Shown here piece after piece: positions 23,892-33,751 of a stretch of 64,000 bases of DNA; positions within the stretch are counted from its first letter, which is position 1, and each line of letters opens with the position of its first letter. The position numbers and the translations under genes were made by a program. The stretch spans positions 128,001-192,000 of the forward strand of contig JBFXLE010000003.1 in NCBI GenBank assembly GCA_050173015.1, in the 5' to 3' direction. The notes under the pieces were generated by a model. The model saw only the letters and a program-made list of their open reading frames with translations, did not search any database and had not been told where the DNA came from. This stretch comes from Calditrichaceae bacterium (GTDB taxonomy: Bacteria; Calditrichota; Calditrichia; Calditrichales; JBFXGD01).

Positions 23892-24638
23892 TTATTGTTT
23901 TTTCATTATCAATTTATTAACCCGCAGAAGATCTTCCGGAGTATCTACACTATGGGATTCATATTCTGTTTCTACCGTAAAAATTCTGTAACCGTTCTCA
24001 AGAACGCGAAGTTGTTCCAGACGTTCCGCTTTTTCCAAAGGACTTTCCCGCAACCCTGTAATTATTTTCAGAAATTCTTTCCGGTACGCATAGATACCGA
24101 TATGTTTATAATATTCATGACCGGCAAGCCAGTTTTCCTGCTTTTTTTCATCTCTGAGAAAAGGTATTACCGAACGAGTAAAATAAAGGGCGAAATGATG
24201 CTTATCCCTTACCACTCTCACTAAATTTGGATTAATCAGTTCATCGTTAGAAAGTATTTTCTTTATTGGTGTAGCCATCCTAATCTGATTATCATTGAAA
24301 ACATCCACCATTTTATCCAGCAGAACCGGTGAAATAAACGGCTCATCCCCCTGAAGGTTAATAATTACATCCACATTTTCCGTCTCGGTAGCAGCGGCAA
24401 CACGATCCGTACCCGATGGCAGGCCGGGATCTGTTAACACAGCTACTCCGCCGAATTTTTCGACAACAGATATAATATCAGGATGATCAGTGGCTACGAT
24501 CACACGGTCAATTTTTTTCGCCGCTGAAGCCCTTTCATAAACCCATTGGATCATTGGTTTTCCACCGATCAAAGCAAGAGGCTTCCCCGGGAGTCTGTTT
24601 GACGCGAATCGCGCGGGTATGACACAAATAGTTTTCAC
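23892..24638 (-). CDS. kdsB: 3-deoxy-manno-octulosonate cytidylyltransferase
   Basis: IPARFASNRLPGKPL, SGTDR, QGDEP, HIGIY, EQLR. Confidence 0.96.
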   Translation of the reverse strand: MKTICVIPARFASNRLPGKPLALIGGKPMIQWVYERASAAKKIDRVIVATDHPDIISVVEKFGGVAVLTDPGLPSGTDRVAAATETENVDVIINLQGDEPFISPVLLDKMVDVFNDNQIRMATPIKKILSNDELINPNLVRVVRDKHHFALYFTRSVIPFLRDEKKQENWLAGHEYYKHIGIYAYRKEFLKIITGLRESPLEKAERLEQLRVLENGYRIFTVETEYESHSVDTPEDLLRVNKLIMKKQ

Positions 24639-24925
24639 TTACTCACTACTTTCGGTACTCTGAAAAATTTATCTGTTTTGGCTGGTGCATTTTCCAGGGC
24701 TTTATCCTGCGACAGGGATTTTCCCAAAACATCTTCACGAAATACATTTGTAATATCCTGGCTGTGTGAAAGCGGTTCCACATTTTCAGTGTCCAGTTCA
24801 TCCAATTTTTCCACATAATCCAAAATCTGATTTATTTGTCCCGTGAACTTTTGTTTTTCATCTTCCGTTAAAGTCAGTCTTGCAAGATGAGCAATCTTTT
24901 CAACTTCCTGTGACGATACCGACAC
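24635..24925 (-). CDS. gatC: Asp/Glu-tRNA amidotransferase subunit C
   Basis: IAHLARL, ILDYVEKL.ELDT, FRED, F.VPKV. Confidence 0.93.
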   Translation of the reverse strand: MSVSSQEVEKIAHLARLTLTEDEKQKFTGQINQILDYVEKLDELDTENVEPLSHSQDITNVFREDVLGKSLSQDKALENAPAKTDKFFRVPKVVSK

Positions 24926-24933
24926 ATTGCCTC

Positions 24934-25338
24934 CTAATACTCTATTTTATATAATAAATTTAAACTGTTTTTTGTCCCTTTAAAGATTTTGGCGCTCTCG
25001 CCTTTTAAAAACAACCCCCTTGTGAGACGGTACTCCATACTGAGACTGTAATCATCTCTATTCATGGACAAAGATCGTTGAAAATTGAGATAAAGCCTGT
25101 CATCAAGATCTTTCCTTTTTAGAGAGACGTTTTTCTCCTTTACAGAAAAAACACCAAGCTTTTTCACAAATATCCTGACCCCGTCAAGATGATACTTTTG
25201 AAGCAATGAATCTATCTGAACGTCCTTTAAGATCCCTCGCGACTTTCTTGCCGATGTATCCTGAGCATTCCCCTCAACAGCGATACTAAGAAAAATCACC
25301 AACACGCATATTATTTTAAAAAGCCTGACCAAAGCCAA
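24934..25338 (-). CDS. Small secreted protein resembling the C-terminal beta-strands of TamB
   Basis: Likely TTG start at 25338 after GGGAG; signal peptide ending EGNA-QD; C-terminus DDRLYLNF...MEYRLTRGLFLKGES...LNLLYKIEY. Confidence 0.55.
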   Translation of the reverse strand: MALVRLFKIICVLVIFLSIAVEGNAQDTSARKSRGILKDVQIDSLLQKYHLDGVRIFVKKLGVFSVKEKNVSLKRKDLDDRLYLNFQRSLSMNRDDYSLSMEYRLTRGLFLKGESAKIFKGTKNSLNLLYKIEY

Positions 25339-26899
25339 AGTGTAATCTCCCGGGGCTGTTTTGATCAAAATCGGTTATTCTGACTCCGTAATCCAAACGA
25401 AATAATCCAAATCGTGAATGAACTCTCAACCCTAACCCCGTTGTATATTTTAAAGTATTTAATTTAATCATTTCTTCAGCAAGCCACAAATTTCCTGTAT
25501 CCATAAATAGCACAATATTTGTATTATAACTCAGATAATACCGCATTTCAATATTATCCACAAATGAGTAATATCCACCCTGCGCCGAACCGTCATCGTT
25601 CTTGGGTCCTACCGAGCTTTCCGAGTACCCTCTGAGACTTGTGGAACCTCCAAGGTACAATCGCATGTAGGATGGAAGCTCCTCCTGATTCCCGTAAAAG
25701 AACTGTCCGCTCACGGAGATTCTATTCGCCAGAACAAATTGACTGCCAATTAATAAATAACAACTTTGTTTTAAATCCACCTGACCATAGGTATTATCTC
25801 CCCCGAATACGGTGAAGGCATTTTTAAAACGGATTTCAAGATTCTGACCTTCGTATGGATCTAAATAATTATCACGGCTGTCATATGTATAAATTATATC
25901 GAGGCCCCGGTTTTCTTCCCTTCCGATATAATCTCTGAAAGTTTTATCATTTTCATCAAATTCAACCTCAAACAGGTTGTTTTTTTCAAATACTATATTA
26001 TATGAGATTTGACTTAGATCATTTATGAGATGGTGGAATCCAATGATCGATCTATATCTCTCGAATCCAAAATTAACTCCCTTTGGCCTGTCAGTGAGGT
26101 AAGAAATTGACCAGTCAAATCTGAGTTTGTAGGAATATAAAGCCGGATCGACGTATTTTCCGGTTATTTCCCCCTTTTTAAAATAAAGCCCGCCGGCATA
26201 ATCAAGGGCATGCAGCGCGGAAAAATTAAGCTGCTTTCCATAACCGTCAAAATTGCGATTCCCCCAACCGATAAAATTACGCCACCCGTCTTCCGTATCT
26301 ATTCCCGTACCCAGGTCAGTGTAAAATTTCTTTCTTTCTTTTACCGATACCTTCACGGATATGACCTGCTGTTCATGGTCATATCGATCAACTAAAACTT
26401 CAACATCATCAAAAAGGCCGTTTTTCATGAGCGCTACCTGGCTCGATAGAATTGATTTTTTTGTAAATGGACTGCCACTTTTAAATTTTAACCGGCCAAA
26501 AATGAATTCTTTGTTTACATGCTTATTGCCTTCAACGGTGATATTGCCAAATCTGAACAATTCACCTTTATCGATACTAAATACTACTCTCAAAGGGCTC
26601 TTATCTCCGGTTTTTATCAATTCGTATTCACAAATTGTTTCCAGAAAGCCTTCATCTTCATAGTATTCTTCTATTCTTCGGCAGTCTTCAATTAGAACTT
26701 CTTCTTTTAAATTGTCGCTAAACCTGCTTTTCAGAAGCGGGATAAGTTCTATCCGGTTAACATTTTCATCCCCGGCGAATAAGATCATTTTTTGACCATT
26801 CGATTCCTGAGCAATAAGTAATTTGAAGGAAAATACAATGACCAGGATGCAAAGCAGTGATTGCCTATTTACCATTGGTTTTTGGGATAATAGTGACAT
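25316..26899 (-). CDS. Omp85 (BamA/TamA) family outer membrane protein with about two POTRA domains
   Basis: Signal peptide, POTRA-like YYEDEGF and ITVEGN...L..NGLF, loop-6 motif GGSTSLRGY, C-terminal HFGFGQAF. Confidence 0.9.
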   Translation of the reverse strand: MSLLSQKPMVNRQSLLCILVIVFSFKLLIAQESNGQKMILFAGDENVNRIELIPLLKSRFSDNLKEEVLIEDCRRIEEYYEDEGFLETICEYELIKTGDKSPLRVVFSIDKGELFRFGNITVEGNKHVNKEFIFGRLKFKSGSPFTKKSILSSQVALMKNGLFDDVEVLVDRYDHEQQVISVKVSVKERKKFYTDLGTGIDTEDGWRNFIGWGNRNFDGYGKQLNFSALHALDYAGGLYFKKGEITGKYVDPALYSYKLRFDWSISYLTDRPKGVNFGFERYRSIIGFHHLINDLSQISYNIVFEKNNLFEVEFDENDKTFRDYIGREENRGLDIIYTYDSRDNYLDPYEGQNLEIRFKNAFTVFGGDNTYGQVDLKQSCYLLIGSQFVLANRISVSGQFFYGNQEELPSYMRLYLGGSTSLRGYSESSVGPKNDDGSAQGGYYSFVDNIEMRYYLSYNTNIVLFMDTGNLWLAEEMIKLNTLKYTTGLGLRVHSRFGLFRLDYGVRITDFDQNSPGRLHFGFGQAF

Positions 26900-26910
26900 C
26901 GATTTATCAT

Positions 26911-27912
26911 CTAAAATATTGATTGATTAAAAACTGATGAATATTCTTTAACCTGCTTGATGACATCATCCGCGTCCTGTCCTTCCAGAAAGTATGGCTG
27001 CCAGAGCCGAATTCCTATCGGCATAATCTGGGCGTGGTACTTTCCTTTTTTTGCAGGACTTATTAAAACTTTTAATACGGCTGATGTTTCGAAGGTTCGC
27101 GAATTGCCGCCAAAAATAAAATTCCCGAGAGAGTAAGCGATTACTTTTCCCTTGTACAATTCCACGCCCTGAAGCACGTGCGGATGATGACCGACAATCA
27201 GATCCGCGCCATAGTCAATGGATTTTCTCGCATAATATTTCTCACTTTCTTCGGGGTAATTCGCTTTTTCCAACCCCCAGTGAAAGTTGATGATAATATA
27301 ATCCACCTGATCCCTGATCTTTGCTATATCCTCTTTAATGTAAGCCAGATTACGCATAGCGGTCCCTGCATTTGTTTCTGTAGCGGGATGCGAATCACTA
27401 TGTGGTCCGGTACCGTAATAGGCGAGATAAGCCAGTTTTAATCCCCGAATATCAAATATAACCGGCTGTCTCGCTTCGGCGAGATTTCTACCCGCGCCAA
27501 CATGTTTTATCCCGACCGAATCCAATAATCCGATTGTATCAAAAATACCCGTATCCCCGTAATCGTACATATGATTATTGGCCAATGTAACAATATCAAC
27601 ACCTGATTCTTTTAACATTCCGGCATATTTAGGTAAAGCGCGGAATGTAAACTGCTTTTCAACCGGGTTGCCTCTAACCGTAAACGGACTCTCAAGATTG
27701 ATCATAAAAATATCAGCTTCACTCAAAGCCGTCAATTTGTTAAAAGGATAATCAAGCCTGTCGCCAACATGCTGCTCAAAATGATTTACAAGAGATACAT
27801 CACCTGTAAAATATAACACAATTTCACTGCTGTCAGTCTCATTTACCTGTGAAAAGACCGGGTTAAATAGAATACAAAGAACAGACATTGCCCAAAAAAG
27901 AAAATTCAACAT
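26911..27912 (-). CDS. CapA/PgsA-family metallophosphoesterase, exported
   Basis: Signal peptide, GDV, NLE, LANNH..DYG, HWG.E, GHHPHV, YSLGNF. Confidence 0.9.
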   Translation of the reverse strand: MLNFLFWAMSVLCILFNPVFSQVNETDSSEIVLYFTGDVSLVNHFEQHVGDRLDYPFNKLTALSEADIFMINLESPFTVRGNPVEKQFTFRALPKYAGMLKESGVDIVTLANNHMYDYGDTGIFDTIGLLDSVGIKHVGAGRNLAEARQPVIFDIRGLKLAYLAYYGTGPHSDSHPATETNAGTAMRNLAYIKEDIAKIRDQVDYIIINFHWGLEKANYPEESEKYYARKSIDYGADLIVGHHPHVLQGVELYKGKVIAYSLGNFIFGGNSRTFETSAVLKVLISPAKKGKYHAQIMPIGIRLWQPYFLEGQDADDVIKQVKEYSSVFNQSIF

Positions 27913-28265
27913 ATATATCTCCGGTACATTTTAAAGACACTCCCTTTTTCAAAATTCCAGATACGATACCACTATCGGCCTGCTGAATCAATAAATCGAT
28001 TTCTTCATTTAAATTATTTCAGCTGTAGTTTCTTATTGTATTTCATTTAATATGAGAAAAAACAATCAATACATCTGATTATTTCTCTCGATTCACCCGT
28101 AAAACTTTTTTTTAATTCACATTGGTAAATATAATTGAAAAATTAACTTTATTTGCATAAAGAAATAAATTTATCAGCATTTATAACCGGGTTATATGAC
28201 CTTTTGGAGGAAAAGTTCTAACAAGTTGAAAAATAATATCTAATTAAACAAAGGCAGATCGTCGC

Positions 28266-28478
28266 TTAGACATCTTCAAGAAGGTATCCGGCTGATGCAA
28301 CAGCCTCTTTGGCGGCTTCAACATTAAATACAAGCTCATCAGCCTCAAGATAGGCCATTCCGTCATCCAGATCGACATCCGCTCTAATTATGCCTTTTAC
28401 TCCTCTAAGCGCATCCGATACGGTTTTAACACAGTGATGACAAGTCATGCCTTTTACTTTAAAATTTATCTCTTTCAT
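28266..28478 (-). CDS. Heavy-metal (copper) chaperone, CopZ-like
   Basis: GMTCHHC motif, C-terminal AGY; 70 aa. Confidence 0.9.
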   Translation of the reverse strand: MKEINFKVKGMTCHHCVKTVSDALRGVKGIIRADVDLDDGMAYLEADELVFNVEAAKEAVASAGYLLEDV

Positions 28479-28496
28479 ACGCTTTATCCTTATAAC

Positions 28497-28526
28497 AAAA
28501 AAACCGCCTGAAGGGCGGTTTTTTTT
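28497..28526. terminator. Bidirectional-type intrinsic terminator after the M23 gene
   Basis: A-run, AACCGCC-tgaag-GGCGGTT, T-run. Confidence 0.85.
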
Positions 28527-28530
28527 AAGA

Positions 28531-29481
28531 TTAATTTATCTCTTTTTTGACAACTCTTTCATTCAAAATCATATCATCAAAGTAATACGTCATCGGGTTA
28601 AGATGTTTTCCGTTATGCCTTACTTCATAATGGAGATGCGGCGCGGTTGAAATTCCGGTATTGCCCACTTCACCAATTTTATCTCCCCGTTTTACCTTCT
28701 GTCCTGATCGCACTACTATTTTATTTAAATGCCCATAGCCCGTTTCGAATCCGTAATGATGATCAATCATCACCATATTCCCATAACCGCCATTCATTCC
28801 CGCGAACCGTATGACACCGTCCGCTGAAGCATAAACCGGTGTACCCTTTGGAGCGGAGAAATCAAGTCCGTCGTGATGACGGTAAACCCGGTTAATCGGG
28901 TGAAGACGCATACCGAATTTACTTGAGATAACCGAATGCAAAACCGGTTTGAGTGAAGGCATAAATTGAAGTGAGTCCTGCTTTTTCTGGAACGTACTCA
29001 TTAATTCTCTATAACTATCCAATTCAAGCTGAACACCTCTCTCCAGTTTTGCCAGCTCTGCAAATTGGGTGCTTAGTTCAACATTTTCATCGAAACCGGA
29101 TATTTCATCACCAAAATCATAATCAAAATTGGAACCACCTATACCAACGTTTCTGATATCGGCATTAATTTCATCAAGTCCTATAACGATTCTAAGTTCA
29201 TCATCATTTTTGACGATTTGATCCATTGTATTATTTATTTTACCAATTTTATCTTTCATTTCCCCTAATCGCGCTTGCAACACGGCATTAGTGCGTTCTA
29301 ACCGGTTGATTCTGGAGTTATGACTAAAATCTATTAAGAAGTCTAATCCAAACTTTCCGGCAACAACGAAGGTAACTAAAAAGATAGAAATGTAAACTGT
29401 AAGCTTCAGACGAGATATTTTGATTTCTTTTACTTTTGCTTGATCTCGCGATACAAAAATCAGACGCGATTCATCTCTCAT
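28531..29481 (-). CDS. M23-family peptidase with N-terminal TM and coiled coil
   Basis: HDGLDF, YGHL, STAPHLHYEV. Confidence 0.92.
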   Translation of the reverse strand: MRDESRLIFVSRDQAKVKEIKISRLKLTVYISIFLVTFVVAGKFGLDFLIDFSHNSRINRLERTNAVLQARLGEMKDKIGKINNTMDQIVKNDDELRIVIGLDEINADIRNVGIGGSNFDYDFGDEISGFDENVELSTQFAELAKLERGVQLELDSYRELMSTFQKKQDSLQFMPSLKPVLHSVISSKFGMRLHPINRVYRHHDGLDFSAPKGTPVYASADGVIRFAGMNGGYGNMVMIDHHYGFETGYGHLNKIVVRSGQKVKRGDKIGEVGNTGISTAPHLHYEVRHNGKHLNPMTYYFDDMILNERVVKKEIN

Positions 29482-29572
29482 ACACCTATTGCCCCTAGGA
29501 GAATATTATATCAATAGTTTAACTACATTTATCACTATCGACCAAGTAACCGTGTTTTAAAGTTAAAAATAT

Positions 29573-29603
29573 AAAAAAAAAACTCCGCAATCAAGCGGAG
29601 TTT
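29573..29603 (-). terminator. Intrinsic terminator after the sigma factor gene
   Basis: AAACTCCGC-aatcaa-GCGGAGTTT preceded by an A-run (U-tract on the minus strand). Confidence 0.8.
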
Positions 29604-29630
29604 AATAAATCTTGTTATTTTTATCGCAAA

Positions 29631-30476
29631 TTAACCCAGATAATACCTTAATACCTTACTGCGGGAGCTATGTCTAAGCCTTCTAAGAGCTTTTTCCTTA
29701 ATCTGGCGGACTCTTTCACGGGTTAACTTAAATTTTACACCTATTTCTTCCAGTGTGTGTGGTTTTTCACCATCCAAACCAAAATATAGTTTTAAAATTT
29801 TAGCTTCCCTCGCGCTAAGTGTCGAAAGAATATAATTGACTTCTTCTTTCAGTGATTCGCCCATAACCTCCGAATCGGGTTCCGGATCCTGCTGATTTTG
29901 AATAATATCTATCAGCCGGCTGTCGCTGTTTTTCTGTAATGGTGAATCCATTGATACCGATCGTGTAGCCATCTTTATCGTATCTGTGATATCCCCGCTG
30001 TCAACTTCCAGAACATTGGCAATCTCTTCCGGGGTGGGTTCTCTTTCATATTCCTGCTCCAACATGCTGTAAACTTTACCGATTTTCGTGAGCGTTCCCA
30101 CCCTGTTTAATGGGAGACGCACCAGACGCGATTGTTCAGCAATCGCCTGGAGTATCGATTGTTTAATCCACCATACCGCATAAGAAATAAATTTGAACCC
30201 TCTCGTCTCATCAAAACGGTAAGCGGCCTTCATCAACCCCAGATTACCTTCATTGATTAGATCTTCCAGAGATAAACCGTAATTTTGGTAGGACTTGGCG
30301 ACGCTTACTACAAATCTCAGATTCGCGCTTACTAATCTCTTCAAAGCGCGTTGATCGTTTTGTTTAATTCTCTGCGCGAGATCAATTTCCTCTTCGGGGG
30401 TCAGCAATTGAACTCCACCGATCTCTCTTAAATAGTTTTCCAGAGATTGATTCTTACTTATGAAAAAGTCGCTCAC
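29631..30476 (-). CDS. RpoD/SigA-family sigma factor, short Bacteroidota-like form lacking region 1.1
   Basis: [49 protein letters not shown]; 281 aa; GTG start. Confidence 0.93.
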   Translation of the reverse strand: MSDFFISKNQSLENYLREIGGVQLLTPEEEIDLAQRIKQNDQRALKRLVSANLRFVVSVAKSYQNYGLSLEDLINEGNLGLMKAAYRFDETRGFKFISYAVWWIKQSILQAIAEQSRLVRLPLNRVGTLTKIGKVYSMLEQEYEREPTPEEIANVLEVDSGDITDTIKMATRSVSMDSPLQKNSDSRLIDIIQNQQDPEPDSEVMGESLKEEVNYILSTLSAREAKILKLYFGLDGEKPHTLEEIGVKFKLTRERVRQIKEKALRRLRHSSRSKVLRYYLG

Positions 30477-30611
30477 CTAAATTACTCCAATATTTTAAAT
30501 TCGTTTTTATATAATTCTGATATATTTTGTTAATTTAAAAAAACTTATACGTTCGCCTAATACTAATTAAATTACGCAGATATTGCAAACGTAATTTATT
30601 CAGTCATTATT

Positions 30612-30932
30612 TCAATCACTCTTCTTGTTAACATTCGTTTTTTTAATGTTTTTTAGTTGATCCTGATACTTCTTTAAATCTAATTCCAGCACCCTAATCT
30701 CCTCTATGAGTCTGCTCATTTCTTCATCAGGAGCGGCGGTGGGGTTGTTTTCCTCAACCACTTTATGGTAAAGTCTTCCCCCCAATTCAATCAATTTCTC
30801 TTCGATCTCTTTCCGGATTCCAAGTATATCAATCTTTACTCTTCCGATTCGAGTATACTCGGCAGTCAGATCACTGGCTGATTGAAATCCTTCAATCAGT
30901 CCTTTTTTCAAATTTTCCCATAAACTTATCAT
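30612..30932 (-). CDS. Hypothetical coiled-coil protein
   Basis: 106 aa; start overlaps the upstream vertex gene stop (ATGA...); amphipathic N-terminus, ELGGRLY. Confidence 0.7.
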   Translation of the reverse strand: MISLWENLKKGLIEGFQSASDLTAEYTRIGRVKIDILGIRKEIEEKLIELGGRLYHKVVEENNPTAAPDEEMSRLIEEIRVLELDLKKYQDQLKNIKKTNVNKKSD

Positions 30933-31195
30933 TCTAGTTCTATCTTATCAACAATTCCGACTATAGAGGCATCCGACAATGCCGGTTTTTTTCTTAACGG
31001 AATTACCGCTTCGTAGGCGGTGATGAAATAAACAGTTTCCCCTACTCCGGCGCCAACTGTATCAACCGCGATGATCGGGCTTCCTGTATCCTGCCTATAA
31101 ATATCTATCGGCTGAATTATTTGCAACTTCAGCCCTTCAAGATTTTTATCTTTCTGAGTGGCCCAGATTGTACCAATTATACGCGCTAATTCCAT
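30929..31195 (-). CDS. EutN/CcmL-family microcompartment vertex protein (divergent copy)
   Basis: IIGTIWATQK, AVDTVGAGVGE, DASIVGIVD. Confidence 0.92.
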   Translation of the reverse strand: MELARIIGTIWATQKDKNLEGLKLQIIQPIDIYRQDTGSPIIAVDTVGAGVGETVYFITAYEAVIPLRKKPALSDASIVGIVDKIELE

Positions 31196-31197
31196 AA

Positions 31198-31470
31198 TTA
31201 ATGTTCTGTTAAATCCAGTTTATCAATGATGCCGGAAATCACCGCGTCAACAGGTTTCCCTTCAGTTAAGGCAGACTGACGGGCGGAACTTCCGGTAGTG
31301 ATGAGAACTATCTCGCCGGCTCCCGCTCCAACGCTGTCCGCCGCGACCACATAAGTGTTCTTTAAAGAAAAATCCAATTCCACGTGGCGGACAATTAACA
31401 ATTTTAATCCGACCAGTTTCTCGTCTTTCCGGGTAGCCCAGATTGTTCCTACAACTTTTCCGAGTATCAC
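31198..31470 (-). CDS. EutN/CcmL-family microcompartment vertex protein
   Basis: VVGTIWATRK, AADSVGAGAGE, GSSAR, DAVISGIID. Confidence 0.95.
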   Translation of the reverse strand: MILGKVVGTIWATRKDEKLVGLKLLIVRHVELDFSLKNTYVVAADSVGAGAGEIVLITTGSSARQSALTEGKPVDAVISGIIDKLDLTEH

Positions 31471-31484
31471 GCTATCCCCTGTCT

Positions 31485-32654
31485 CTAAATAATTTTATCA
31501 AGAAAACTTTTTCCAAATCCGGTTGACTCAACATTAAAATATTCCGCAAGAGTGGCTTGAAGATCAGCAAAGGATTCTCTAACTCCTATGTTCTGATCTT
31601 TTTTTAACGCCGGTCCAAATGCCACGACAGGAACATATTCCCGTGAATGATCCGTGCTTGTTGACGTCGGGTCATTCCCATGATCCGCTGTAAAAACTAC
31701 CAGATCATTTTCCTTTAATCCGGATTGAAAATCAGGCAACCAGGAATCAAACTCCTGCAATGCGCCATAAAATCCGCGCGGATTATTTCTATGTCCCCAA
31801 AGCATATCAAAATCGACCAGATTTGCCATTATTAAACCGGATCCTGTTTCTTTCATTTCATCCAGAATCGCCGCCATCCCCTCCGAATTTATCTTTGTGT
31901 TGATGCTTTTGGCGATGCCTGCTCTTGCATAAAGATCATTTATCTTACCAATCCCGACAGTAGGGATGCCTGCCTCTGTAAATATTTGATGCAATGTTTT
32001 CGAAAACGGTTCAAGAGAAAAATCTTTTCTATATTTGGTGCGGGCAAAATCATTTGCGCTCTTACCGGTAAAGGGTCTGGCAATCACTCTTGCCACAGCA
32101 TGATCACCGGTGAGCATATCTCTCGCGATCTGACACAACTCATACAATTTTTCAAGCGGGATAACCGAATCATGTGCCGCTATCTGAAAAACCGAATCGG
32201 CGGAAGTGTATACAATCGGCTTACCTGTCTTAATATGTTCTTCGCCAAGCTCCTTGATAATTTCAGTACCTGACGCGGGAAAGTTTCCAAGTATTTCGAG
32301 ACCGGTCAAGTTCGTGAATTTATCAATGACGTCTGCTGGAAACCCGTTCGGATAGGTTGGAAACGGCTCATCAAGGATCAATCCCGCCAGCTCCCAATGT
32401 CCTGTCGTTGAGTCTTTGCCGGGAGAGATTTCCGCCATTTTCCCGTAATTACCGGTAGCATCCAAATCCGATCGCAGTCCTTTTATTGGAAAAATTTTGC
32501 CCAATCCCAGTTTTTCAAGGTTCGGTAATTGTAATCCGCCAACACTGTCGGCAAGGTTGCTTAATGTATTGCTTCCTTCATCGCCATAACTTCCCGCGTC
32601 TGGAAGCTCACCGATACCCACCCCGTCAAGAATAATTACAATCGCCCGTTTCAT
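31485..32654 (-). CDS. deoB: Phosphopentomutase
   Basis: LDGVGIG, GKDSTTGHWE, YTSADSVFQ, RVIARPF, DFDMLWGHR, TADHGNDP, DHSRE. Confidence 0.96.
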   Translation of the reverse strand: MKRAIVIILDGVGIGELPDAGSYGDEGSNTLSNLADSVGGLQLPNLEKLGLGKIFPIKGLRSDLDATGNYGKMAEISPGKDSTTGHWELAGLILDEPFPTYPNGFPADVIDKFTNLTGLEILGNFPASGTEIIKELGEEHIKTGKPIVYTSADSVFQIAAHDSVIPLEKLYELCQIARDMLTGDHAVARVIARPFTGKSANDFARTKYRKDFSLEPFSKTLHQIFTEAGIPTVGIGKINDLYARAGIAKSINTKINSEGMAAILDEMKETGSGLIMANLVDFDMLWGHRNNPRGFYGALQEFDSWLPDFQSGLKENDLVVFTADHGNDPTSTSTDHSREYVPVVAFGPALKKDQNIGVRESFADLQATLAEYFNVESTGFGKSFLDKII

Positions 32655-32824
32655 CCATACTCCAGTTGTGTGTCAATTCCGGTCCTGTTCAAATCCCGTT
32701 ATATTTATATTGTGGTTATAAAGTTTATTCAAGCCGCCATGATCACAATTATTTAATTTTATAAAAAACATAAAGTTTCAACTATATCTCATAATCTTGA
32801 ATACTTGCAACGAGAACAAATATT

Positions 32825-33751
32825 TTATTTTAAAATATGACTGAATCTGGCTTTAGATTTTGTCCAAATGCCTTGTTTACTATGTACCAGGTCAATAATC
32901 TCGGGTAATCTTTTCTCCGCTTCAACTATTCCCTGAGCGATCAGATGATCTATCTGTTCGAAAGCGCTCCAGGTTATATTTCCGATTTTAGGAGAAATAA
33001 CCAGATCAGCTTCTTTCAGGGTCAATTCATTTATTTTACGAGACGCCGCCATATTCGACCGAATGATAATATCAATCACATTGTCGAATCCGTTATCCGC
33101 GTAAGTTGAGAGTGAAACATCCAGTGCAATTACTATGTCGGCCCCTAATTCTCTTGCCGCGTCTATCGGGAAATTGGCGCTGACTGATCCATCGACAAGC
33201 AAATACCCGTTGTATTCAACAGGCGGCAGGAACCCCGGAATAGCTGAACTCGCCTGTATCGCCTTCCTGATTTTGCCCGATTTAAAAACGATATCCTTTC
33301 CGGATTTTAAATCAAGCGCCGCGCAGGCAAAGGGAATTTTTGTATTTTCTATTAATTCATCTGCCACAAGAGCATCTAACGCAATCTCCAGACGCTCCGC
33401 TTTCATCAGACTTACCCGGTGAGCCGCGATATTGATAATCAGCCGTCGTTTAATTTCACGGCTTACCTGATGAAGGATATCTTCAGGTTCATATCCTGGC
33501 TGCTGACGAAAAAAATTATCATCAAGTGAACGAAATTTATCACCTTTTATGAATTTAGCGAACTTTTCTTTAACGAAACTCGCGTCGGGCGTCTGAGCAT
33601 ATGTGGCACCAACGATGGCGCCCATACTCGTTCCTACAATAATATCGATAGGAATTCCACGATCCTGAAGGACTTTTAGGATACCTATGTGTGCCAGCCC
33701 CCTTGCTCCGCCACCACCCAGGACCAGGCCAATTTTTATTTTCCGGCCCAT
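32825..33751 (-). CDS. Patatin-like phospholipase
   Basis: GGGARG, GTSMG nucleophile motif, LVDGS. Confidence 0.92.
   Translation of the reverse strand: MGRKIKIGLVLGGGGARGLAHIGILKVLQDRGIPIDIIVGTSMGAIVGATYAQTPDASFVKEKFAKFIKGDKFRSLDDNFFRQQPGYEPEDILHQVSREIKRRLIINIAAHRVSLMKAERLEIALDALVADELIENTKIPFACAALDLKSGKDIVFKSGKIRKAIQASSAIPGFLPPVEYNGYLLVDGSVSANFPIDAARELGADIVIALDVSLSTYADNGFDNVIDIIIRSNMAASRKINELTLKEADLVISPKIGNITWSAFEQIDHLIAQGIVEAEKRLPEIIDLVHSKQGIWTKSKARFSHILK

Noticed and set aside
27913-28265. Small RNA or ORF in the AT-rich gap upstream of the CapA-family gene
   Set aside because: Only weak AT-rich stems; no supported ORF or motif
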